A stretch of 64,000 nucleotides of DNA from an uncultured Nitrospiraceae bacterium (GTDB lineage: Bacteria; Nitrospirota; Thermodesulfovibrionia; Thermodesulfovibrionales; UBA6898), in the NCBI GenBank assembly GCA_963811165.1, contig CAWEQH010000008.1, forward strand, positions 320,001 to 384,000, read 5' to 3'. Under the pieces are notes generated by a model that was given only the letters and a program-made list of their open reading frames with translations, did no database searches and was not told where the DNA came from. The position numbers and the translations under genes were made by a program. Positions 10,337-18,622 of the stretch are shown here, piece by piece; the stretch's first letter is position 1; every line of letters begins with the position of its first letter.

Positions 10337-12142
10337 ATGGAACTGACCTACGCTGAACTTTCCTCACCCGGACCGGCCCGCGAGAACAATGAGGATTTCG
10401 TCGGCTTCTGGCAGCCGCAAACACTTGAGGAAAAGCGCAGCCTCGGGGCGGTAGCAGTACTGGCTGACGGTGTAGGAGGGATGAACTATGGCGAAGTTGC
10501 CAGCCGGCTGGCGGTAGAGACTGCCCTCAAGACTTTTCGCGAGACGCCAGGGGAGCAGACCCCGCAGCAGCTCATTACACAGATGTTCAATGCAGCCAAT
10601 CTCGCTGTCTACGACAAGGGGATGGAGGACCACGGCAAGTCCCGCATGGCAACGACCCTGGCAGTCGTGGTGCTGCGCAACAACGAAATCGTCGGTGGGC
10701 AATGTGGGAGATTCGCGCGTCTATCTGGTGCGCAAGGCCACGATCAAGCAGCTCTCCACGGACCATTCCTATATCGGCATGCAGCAGAAGTTCGGCCTGA
10801 TCTCCGAACAGGAGGCCAAGACCAGCGAGAACCGTTCCATCCTGACCCGAAGCGTGGGGCATGAGCCGGTGATCCGGGTGGACGTGGAGAGCGCCACGGT
10901 ATTTAAGGGCGACAAGGTCGTGCTCTGTTCGGACGGCCTGTATGCGCATGTGGCCGACAGCGAGATCGCCGACATCGTATCGCGTTTTTCTCCGGCCCAG
11001 GCCTGCCGTCAGCTCGTTGCCCTGGCAGAGCAGCGCGGCACCGACGATAATCTTTCCGTGCAGGTCATCCAGATCAACGAAGTCGAGAAAGTCGCGTTCT
11101 ATCGCGGCGTGGCGATGTATCAGGAGTCGGCAGACCCGACAACCAAATATGAACTCCGGCCCGGGCAGACCCTTGACAACCGTTTCCTCATCCTTGAGAC
11201 CATCAGCCGAAGCGGGATGGCGACCATATTTAAGGCGACCGACCTAAAGACCAAAGAGACCGTGGCGGTAAAGGTCCCGCTCATGCAGTTTGAGAGCGAT
11301 CCGGGCTTTTACTCCCGGTTCCAGCGCGAGGAGGAGATCGGGATCCGTCTGCACCATCCCTACATCCTGAAATTCATTCCTGTTGAGGAGGGACAGCGCA
11401 GCCGGCCGTACATCGTGACCGAGTATCTGCGGGGCTATACGCTTTCGCACCTGCTTAACAGCGTCCGGCCGATGCCGGAAAAGGACGCGATCGAGCTTGC
11501 CGGACGCATCTGCGGCGCACTTGTATATATGCATGAGCACGGCGTCGTGCATCGGGACCTCAAGCCGCAAAACATCATGCTCTGTAATGACGGCACGATC
11601 CGGATCATGGACTTCGGCATCGCCAAGGCCAAGGAAGGGAGGCGGACTTACGTTCACAGGCTTTACGCCGGCTGTCGGCACTCCGGATTATATGGCCCCC
11701 GAGCAGGTCAAGGGGAAGCGCGGGGACGAGCGGACCGACATCTACAGCCTCGGCGCCATGTTATATGAAATGGTAGTCGGCAGTACCGCCGTTTGAGTGC
11801 GAAAATGAAAATCCGTTCGTGATCATGAATGCCCGCGTCACCGGCGACCCGGTGGCCCCGCGAAAACGTAATCCGAACGTTTCGCCTCAGGTCGAGGAGA
11901 TCATGCTGCATGCCATGGAACGCGATCCGGGGAAACGCTATCAATCAGCCTCGGCAATGAAGGCAGAACTGGACAATCCGGCGGCCGTGCAATTGACCGG
12001 CCGATGCGACCGGCTTCAGACGCCGACCCCGTGGAAGCGCGGCTGGAAGAAATGGCTTCTGATCGCACTGGCCGTTACTGTCCCGGTCGTCATTTTCATC
12101 CTCTTGGTTTTGCTGATTATTCATCGCGGCCCTGCGCGCTAA
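10337..12142 (+). CDS. Fused PP2C phosphatase-Hanks-type Ser/Thr kinase with a C-terminal TM anchor, frameshifted
   Basis: PP2C motifs RENNED, ADGVGG, NVGDSR, LCSDGL, DNLS; kinase motifs [31 protein letters not shown]-terminal hydrophobic helix. The PP2C C-half and the kinase share ORF 10590-11768. Confidence 0.85.
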
Positions 12143-12187
12143 GCTTCAAGGATTCTTTACGCCCTCTCTTCCCCTTTGTCATTTGCC

Positions 12188-12279
12188 GACGTTATTGTCG
12201 TCCTATCACATTTTTGTCGCAGCTCAGCCCGGCCAAATCCTTTCAAAACCGCAGCATATTGTCTGGCATGCCGATTGCT
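12188..12279 (+). promoter_or_regulatory. Sigma54 promoter with tandem ACR-N4-TGT enhancer sites
   Basis: TGGCATG-CCGA-TTGC at 12264-12278 (canonical -24/-12); ACGTTATTGT (12189) and ACATTTTTGT (12208). Confidence 0.75.
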
Positions 12280-12304
12280 GCTATCTTTTAAAAAGGAGGC
12301 TCCC

Positions 12305-12643
12305 ATGAAGAGAATAGAAGCCATTATACGTCCAACCAGAGTCGGGAAGGTCTGCGCCGCCCTTGAAAGTGTGGGCCACCCCGGCCCCAGGGTTTCCCAG
12401 ATTGAAGATAAAAGCCAAAAAGGCACGGGGTATCTGTTAAGGGGTGCGACATACAGGGTGGATCTTGTGACCAAGTCGAGGGTCGAGGTTATCGCAAAGG
12501 ATGCAGAAGCGGACAGGATCATAAAGGTCATCCGTGACGCGGCCTTCACCGGAGAAAACGGCGACGGCGAAATATTCGTCTATGCGATGGAAGATGCCAT
12601 ACGCATAAGGACCGGGGAAAGCGGAGAGGCGGCGATATACTGA
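12305..12643 (+). CDS. P-II family nitrogen regulatory protein (divergent)
   Basis: RBS AAGGAGG; MKRIEAIIRP...RGATYRVD...TGENGDGEIFV...IRIRTGE. Confidence 0.88.
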   Translation: MKRIEAIIRPTRVGKVCAALESVGHPGPRVSQIEDKSQKGTGYLLRGATYRVDLVTKSRVEVIAKDAEADRIIKVIRDAAFTGENGDGEIFVYAMEDAIRIRTGESGEAAIY

Positions 12644-12975
12644 TGACGTATCTGGCCTGGTTGATTTTCATAGGCGCCGCAACTCTTGAGGTCGGAGGCG
12701 ATGCGGTCATCCGCAAGGGCCTTCGCGGAAGCGGTCTGATTATCATCATGGCGGGTTTTGTGATGCTCGGTTTTTACGGCGTCGTCGTAAACATGGTGAG
12801 ATGGGATTTTTCGAGATTGCTGGGAGTATATGTCGCAATCTTTGCGGTAATAAGCATATTGTTCGGGAGGTTCGTCTTCAAGGAAAATATACCTCTTTCG
12901 ACGTGGCTCGGATTGACAGTCATAATCGGCGGCGCGATGATAATACAGTTCGGCAACAGAATTGAGTTGCCCTGA
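12643..12975 (+). CDS. Small 4-TM membrane protein (YnfA/SMR/DMT-like)
   Basis: 110 aa, four hydrophobic segments, AATLEVGGD in TM1; translationally coupled to P-II (TGATG). Confidence 0.65.
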   Translation: MTYLAWLIFIGAATLEVGGDAVIRKGLRGSGLIIIMAGFVMLGFYGVVVNMVRWDFSRLLGVYVAIFAVISILFGRFVFKENIPLSTWLGLTVIIGGAMIIQFGNRIELP

Positions 12976-13047
12976 AGAACTTGAGCCTGGCATGACAGAT
13001 GCGCTGTGCGCGCGGCGAACGCGAGACGGTGATGAGGAGACGGCAAT

Positions 13048-14619
13048 ATGAAACGAGTCTTGAGAATAGGATTTTCTTTAACGGCTTTTTTGCTTTTGGC
13101 GGGCATCCTGTCTGCCGAAGACCAGGTGCGGAAGGCTAACCCTCCTTCTCAGGCTGGGCAAGTTGCGCCTGCTCAGCCTGCACCTGCTGTGCGCTCCTCT
13201 GCGGCTGGACCTGCGGGGCTGCCTAAGCCTGATCCGTCGGGGACGCATACCGGAGGAGCCGGCGATGTTATCGGCGCTTCACCCGGCGCTCCCACTGCTA
13301 ATGATCTGAAGAGACTGGCGACGAACGAGCCGCTTGCTCTAAAAGTGGCGGATGTAACAGGCCATAATAGGGTCGCCCTTCATTTTGTCTGGACGCTCCT
13401 CTGCGGCTTCCTTGTTTTTTTCATGCAGGCGGGCTTTGCCATGGTTGAGACCGGCTTTACGAGGGCGAAGAACGCGGGCCATACAATGGCGATGAACATG
13501 ATGGTGTTTGTCTTTGCGGTGCTCGGCTACTTTATTGTCGGCTACGCTTTCCAGACAGGCACCAAGGGGTTTTTCCTTTCCGGGGAGGCCTATGACGCAT
13601 CGATCATCACGCTCTTTCTGTCCCAGGTAGTTTACCTGAATATCGCGGCCACCATTCCGACAGGCGCAATGGCCGAGCGCTGGACATTCAAGTCATTCGT
13701 CGTCTCTGTTTTTTTTACCGCGATGATTACCTACCCGATTTATGCAAACTGGGTATGGGGCGGCGGATGGCTGTCGCGGCTAGGCAAGGACTTCGGTCTC
13801 GGGCATGGGGTCCTTGATTTCGCCGGATCGTCGGTGGTCCATATGGTCGGTGGGGTTACGGCCCTGGCCGGTGCGATGGTACTTGGTCCGAGAACGGGAA
13901 AATTTAAGGCAGACGGAACTCCTAATGCAATCCCCGGACACCATATACCCATGGCCATCATCGGGTGCCTGATACTTTTTTTTGGGTGGTTCGGGTTTAA
14001 TTCGGGGCCGGCCCTTGCGGGAGGCGATTTAAGAATCGGCGTCATAGCGGTCAACACCGTGCTTGCGGCAGCGGCGGCTTCTTTTTCGGCAATGTGCTAT
14101 ATGTGGCTCCTTTACGGCAAGCCTGACCTTTCCCTCTCTGCAAACGGGCTTTTGGGGGGACTGGTTGCCATCTCGGCGCCCTGTGCTTTCGTAAGTCCTT
14201 TCGGGGCGGTAATCATAGGGCTTGTCGCCGGCGTCCTTTGTTGTGCCAGCGTCTTTTTTGTAGAACGCAGACTGAAGGTGGACGACCCTGTCGGCGCCGT
14301 ATCGGTCCACGGCACATGCGGCGCATGGGGTCTTATCGGGCTCGGACTTTTCGCCGACGGCACCTATGGCGATGGCTTAAACAATGTCCCCGGCACGGTC
14401 AAGGGGCTGTTTTACGGCGGCGCATCGCAGTGTGCGGCCGAGGTCATCGGCGTCGCCGTAAACTTCGTTTTTGTATTTGCCGTGATGTACGCTTTTTTCA
14501 GGGTGCTGGACAAAATAATCCCTCTGCGCGTATCGGAGGAAGTCGAGTTTGAGGGCCTTGACCAAAACGAAGTGTCTGTTACGGCATACCCAGAATTCAG
14601 TATTAAGTCCCGCAGATAG
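13048..14619 (+). CDS. amt: Ammonium transporter (Amt family)
   Basis: FMQAGFAMVETG, GAMAER, DFAGSSVVHMVGG, GWFGFN, DDPVGAVSVHG, EGLD; signal peptide and Pro/Ala-rich N-terminal extension. Confidence 0.93.
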   Translation: MKRVLRIGFSLTAFLLLAGILSAEDQVRKANPPSQAGQVAPAQPAPAVRSSAAGPAGLPKPDPSGTHTGGAGDVIGASPGAPTANDLKRLATNEPLALKVADVTGHNRVALHFVWTLLCGFLVFFMQAGFAMVETGFTRAKNAGHTMAMNMMVFVFAVLGYFIVGYAFQTGTKGFFLSGEAYDASIITLFLSQVVYLNIAATIPTGAMAERWTFKSFVVSVFFTAMITYPIYANWVWGGGWLSRLGKDFGLGHGVLDFAGSSVVHMVGGVTALAGAMVLGPRTGKFKADGTPNAIPGHHIPMAIIGCLILFFGWFGFNSGPALAGGDLRIGVIAVNTVLAAAAASFSAMCYMWLLYGKPDLSLSANGLLGGLVAISAPCAFVSPFGAVIIGLVAGVLCCASVFFVERRLKVDDPVGAVSVHGTCGAWGLIGLGLFADGTYGDGLNNVPGTVKGLFYGGASQCAAEVIGVAVNFVFVFAVMYAFFRVLDKIIPLRVSEEVEFEGLDQNEVSVTAYPEFSIKSRR

Positions 14620-14625
14620 AGGGGC

Positions 14626-14725
14626 ATGAAAAAGGTCGTAGTAATGATTAAACCTCTTAAGTTCGACGAGTAGGGGATGTGTTGGACGCCATCGGCGTCC
14701 ATGGTATCCACTCTAACGAGTTGGT
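14626..14725 (+). pseudogene. Truncated P-II (glnK-like) remnant
   Basis: After RBS GAGGGG: MKKVVVMIKPLKFDE-stop; a shifted frame continues VGDVLDAIGVHGI, matching P-II residues 1-28; the rest of the gene is absent. Confidence 0.65.
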
Positions 14726-14850
14726 TGTCAGCTGACCCGCCCGGCAATCCCGCTTCTTCATTTATTGGGAGGAAGCAATTTCCCGGTCTGATTCCTCTTG
14801 TGAACTCCCTTTTGTAAGTATAAAATAAGAGTTCTTATTAAGGGGCTCCC

Positions 14851-16665
14851 ATGGCGGACAAACAAAAATCGATAAAGGACATTACGAGGTCACTAGGCCT
14901 TGTCTTTGGGGACATCGGCACCAGCCCGATCTATACCCTGACCGTTGTCTTTCTCATACTCGCGCCGACGGCGGACAATGTCATCGGCGTTTTGTCGCTT
15001 ATAATCTGGACGCTCGTGGCCCTGGTGACGGTGCAGTATGCCTGGATCGCGATGGACCTCAGCCACAGGGGCGAGGGAGGGACAATAGTATTAAAGGAGA
15101 TACTGGTATCGAACCTGAAAACAAAAAGGGGCGTTGCCTTTGTGTCAATATTGTCCTTCGTAGGCATTTCGCTTCTCATGGGTGACGGCGTAATAACGCC
15201 TGCGATCAGTATCCTCAGTGCCGTGGAAGGCGCTGTGTTGATACCCGGACTTGAACACCTGCCCAGGGCGGCCATAGTACTTGCGGCGATGATTATCGCG
15301 ATTGCCCTTTTTGCCGTCCAGAGTAAAGGGACCGAAAAGGTGGCAGGGGCCTTCGGGCCGATCATGGTCTTCTGGTTCTTCTCTCTCACCCTCGTAGGGC
15401 TTGTCTCGATAGCCGATGCTCCGAGGGTTTTTCTGGCGCTCAACCCCTATTACGGGATAAAGTTTCTCCTGACGAACGGGTTTAAGGGCTTTATCGCCCT
15501 TGGCGAAATCATACTCTGCGCCACAGGAGGCGAGGCGCTCTACGCTGATATGGGACATCTCGGTGCCAGGCCGATACGCCAGGCGTGGGGAGGAGTGTTC
15601 GTGGCCTTGGTTGTCAATTATCTGGGGCAGGGCGCTTTTCTGCTTAGCCATCCCGGCGTCAGGAACATCCTTTTCGAGATGGTCTTCCATTTTGCAAAGC
15701 CCTTTTATATACCTTTCCTTTTAGTGAGCATCATCGCAACGGTCATCGCGTCGCAGGCGATGATAAGCGGAATGTTTTCGATAGTGTATCAGGGTATAAA
15801 CACGAGGGTCATGCCGATGTTCAAAGTGGACTATACCTCTCAAGAGAGGAGGTCTCAGATCTACATAGGCGCGGTCAACTGGTTCCTGCTTCTTGCCGTT
15901 TTGTTCATAATGGTCGAATTTAAGGAATCCAGCCGCCTCGCCGCCGCTTACGGACTTGCGGTCACCGGGACGATGACGCTTACGGGTATCATGATGATCT
16001 GGATATTTTCTCTTAAGAGGCAGCCGCTCTACGTAGCGATAGGTGTGGTCGTTACGGGTATAGACATGATGTATCTCGGCGCGAACTTCACGAAGATACC
16101 ACACGGCGGGTATTGGTCGCTTATCATCGCCGCGATACCTCTTGCGACGATTGTCCTTTTTACCCAGGGGCAGAAGAAATTGTACAGGATGATGGACTTC
16201 ATGCCCATCGATGAATTCCTCCGCAAATTCACGCGGGTCTATGCAACTACCGAAAGAATCAAGGGCACCGCGTTGTTCCTGCTAAAGGACGTAAAAGAGA
16301 TCCCGTTTTATATCACCCAGACGATGTTCTATCACGGCATTCTGTACGACGAAAACATCTTTGTGTCGCTCATCAAAAGGGACGACCCTTACGGCATCAC
16401 CGGCTTTTTCATGGAGGACCTTGCAACAGGACTGAGGGTCTTTCATGTGCAGATGGGTTATATGGAAGTCATGGAGGTCGAAGAGATACTGAGGGAAGCC
16501 GGGATAGAGGAGCGGGTGATCTTTTACGGACTTGAGGACATCGATACAAAAAATCTAATTTGGAAATTATTTTCCGTAATCAAAAGACTAACGCCTACAT
16601 TCATACAATTCTATAACTTCGCGCCGAAAAAACTCCACGGCATATTCACAAAGGTAGTCCTGTAG
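14851..16665 (+). CDS. kup: KUP/HAK/KT potassium uptake protein
   Basis: LGLVFGDIGTSPIY, GEGGT, GDGVITPAISILSAVEG, TGGEALYADMGH, AAAYGLAVTG. Confidence 0.95.
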   Translation: MADKQKSIKDITRSLGLVFGDIGTSPIYTLTVVFLILAPTADNVIGVLSLIIWTLVALVTVQYAWIAMDLSHRGEGGTIVLKEILVSNLKTKRGVAFVSILSFVGISLLMGDGVITPAISILSAVEGAVLIPGLEHLPRAAIVLAAMIIAIALFAVQSKGTEKVAGAFGPIMVFWFFSLTLVGLVSIADAPRVFLALNPYYGIKFLLTNGFKGFIALGEIILCATGGEALYADMGHLGARPIRQAWGGVFVALVVNYLGQGAFLLSHPGVRNILFEMVFHFAKPFYIPFLLVSIIATVIASQAMISGMFSIVYQGINTRVMPMFKVDYTSQERRSQIYIGAVNWFLLLAVLFIMVEFKESSRLAAAYGLAVTGTMTLTGIMMIWIFSLKRQPLYVAIGVVVTGIDMMYLGANFTKIPHGGYWSLIIAAIPLATIVLFTQGQKKLYRMMDFMPIDEFLRKFTRVYATTERIKGTALFLLKDVKEIPFYITQTMFYHGILYDENIFVSLIKRDDPYGITGFFMEDLATGLRVFHVQMGYMEVMEVEEILREAGIEERVIFYGLEDIDTKNLIWKLFSVIKRLTPTFIQFYNFAPKKLHGIFTKVVL

Positions 16666-16752
16666 GGCCGGTGCCCCTGATTTTTTTTGTCCTCCCTTTT
16701 TGCCGTCGATAATGATAAAATAAGAATATTTTATAGTTTATGAGGAAAACGG

Positions 16753-17244
16753 ATGACTGACCCATTGCAACCCGATACCCCGGCAGTAAAGTTGCTGCGC
16801 GATGCAGGGGTTGCGTACACAGAACACTTATATGTGTACGAAGAAGGCGGCGGTACTGCGGCCTGCGCTCAGTCGCTTAAAGTAGACGAACACTCGGTGG
16901 TCAAGGCGATTGTCCTCGAGGCTGACGGGAAACCCCTGATCGTCCTCATGCACGGCGACATGAGGGCATCGGCGAAGGAGCTGGGAAAGATTGCAGGGGC
17001 CAAGGCGGTGTTACCCTGTCCCCCTCAGAAGGTGGAAGGGTATACCGGGTATGAGGTGGGGGGAGTTTCCCCCTTCGGTACTCGCGTCGAGATACCCGTC
17101 TATATGGAGGAGACGATCCTCAATCTCCGGAAGATCTACATCAATGGGGGAAAAAGAGGCTATTTAGTCGGTATCGATCCCTATGATGCAGTGAAAGTCC
17201 TTCATCCCACCCTCGTGAAAGTCGGCTCTTCCCGGGCCGCCTGA
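16753..17244 (+). CDS. ybaK: YbaK/EbsC Cys-tRNA(Pro) deacylase
   Basis: VVKAIVL, GYEVGGVSPFG, INGGKRG. Confidence 0.85.
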   Translation: MTDPLQPDTPAVKLLRDAGVAYTEHLYVYEEGGGTAACAQSLKVDEHSVVKAIVLEADGKPLIVLMHGDMRASAKELGKIAGAKAVLPCPPQKVEGYTGYEVGGVSPFGTRVEIPVYMEETILNLRKIYINGGKRGYLVGIDPYDAVKVLHPTLVKVGSSRAA

Positions 17245-17473
17245 GTGGTCCACATTTCTGGGAGTTCCCAGAACCAGGGGGCGGACAAAGAGACCGCATA
17301 GAGTCGGGGTCCGGGGACGGTTCCTTCTTTTGCAGGTGAATGTTATTTCGGAGCCTGACCCAGTGGGCAATATCCTGATAAATAATATTAATAAACCTAT
17401 AGTTGCGTTGATAACGCCGGGTGACTGTGATAAACTCCTCCTGCTTGGAATAATGAAAGTCAGGGGGCCAATA

Positions 17474-17884
17474 ATGACATTAAAGGAAGTAGTAGAATCG
17501 AAACCCCTCAAGATGGTCACCTGCAGGACAACCTGTCTCGTCTCCGATGCGGTCACCGTTATGGACGGCCATAACGTGGGGTCCATTCTCATTCTTGATC
17601 ACCAAGACAAACTTGCCGGGATCTTCACCGAAAGAGATATTATGCATTGCTTTGCAAAAAATATTTCTCTCCGCGAAGAGGTGATTTCCAACATCATGAC
17701 GCCAAACCCGATAACGCTCAATTCCACCGAAGAAATCAGCGTTGCGGTCAAGGTCATGTCGGAAAATAAAATCAGGCATCTTCCGGTCATGGAAAACGGA
17801 CGGGTGATCGGAGTTGTCTCTTACCGGTACGTGGTTTCGTATCTGCTGCCCGAGGTCATCTACATGGCAGACGATATTAGCTAG
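17474..17884 (+). CDS. Tandem CBS-domain protein
   Basis: GIFTERDI, IMTPNPIT, IRHLPV; the start at ATG 17474 is inferred. Confidence 0.85.
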   Translation: MTLKEVVESKPLKMVTCRTTCLVSDAVTVMDGHNVGSILILDHQDKLAGIFTERDIMHCFAKNISLREEVISNIMTPNPITLNSTEEISVAVKVMSENKIRHLPVMENGRVIGVVSYRYVVSYLLPEVIYMADDIS

Positions 17885-18145
17885 GGGATTCCCATACAGG
17901 CGTTTTCGGGACCCGGCAGGCGATTCCCCCTGTTTATTGATTGGAACAAATTCCGTGTGTTAAAGTAATAAGTGGCTGCGGGATATCCGCGGGTCTCAAG
18001 GAAAGGGACGAAAAGGCGAAAGACAATTTTTTTGGTTGGATCTGACTCCATATTTTCCCATCATGATTTCCTTTGTCTCAGGCTAAAAAGGTATTGAAAA
18101 GAAGCGGATAATTTAATATAATTAATGAATCCATAGGGAAAACTT

Positions 18146-18622
18146 ATGAATGAGATATTCGACAATATCATCGCGAAGCACAGGGAGAAGGACGGAAACA
18201 TCATCTCTTTGATGCAGGATACGCAGGAAGAGTTAGGGTATATCCCCAGGGAAGCGGTTACGTACTTTTCGGAAGCGCTCGACCTCGCCCCAAGCCGTTT
18301 TTACGGGGTTCTCACCTTCTACTCCCAGTTCCATCTTAAACCGAGAGGGAAGAACATCGTTTCCGTCTGCTGCGGTACCGCTTGCCACGTCAAGGGAGGC
18401 AGCAAGATCGCAGAGAGGGTCCAGAGGGACCTCGGCGTTTCAGCCGACGGAGAGACGACGGAAGACAAAAAATTTACCTTTGAAGTGGTGCGGTGCGTCG
18501 GGGCCTGCAGTATCGCCCCGGTAGTATTGGTAAATAGCAGGGCCTATGCAGAGATGACGCCCGACGGTACATCGAAGCTCATTAAACAGCTCCAGAAAGA
18601 GGAATCCGGTGTCCGAAGCTGA
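18146..18622 (+). CDS. NuoE/HydC-like [2Fe-2S] subunit of an NAD-linked formate dehydrogenase
   Basis: TFYSQF, CCGTACHVKG, RCVGACSIAP. Confidence 0.92.
   Translation: MNEIFDNIIAKHREKDGNIISLMQDTQEELGYIPREAVTYFSEALDLAPSRFYGVLTFYSQFHLKPRGKNIVSVCCGTACHVKGGSKIAERVQRDLGVSADGETTEDKKFTFEVVRCVGACSIAPVVLVNSRAYAEMTPDGTSKLIKQLQKEESGVRS

Noticed and set aside
16753..17244. Functional link between ybaK and the tRNA-Pro gene
   Set aside because: They are 12 kb apart with unrelated operons between; there is no evidence of coupling.
17885..18145. Possible Moco/Wco riboswitch upstream of the FDH operon
   Set aside because: I could not identify the conserved motif blocks by eye; an Infernal search would be needed.
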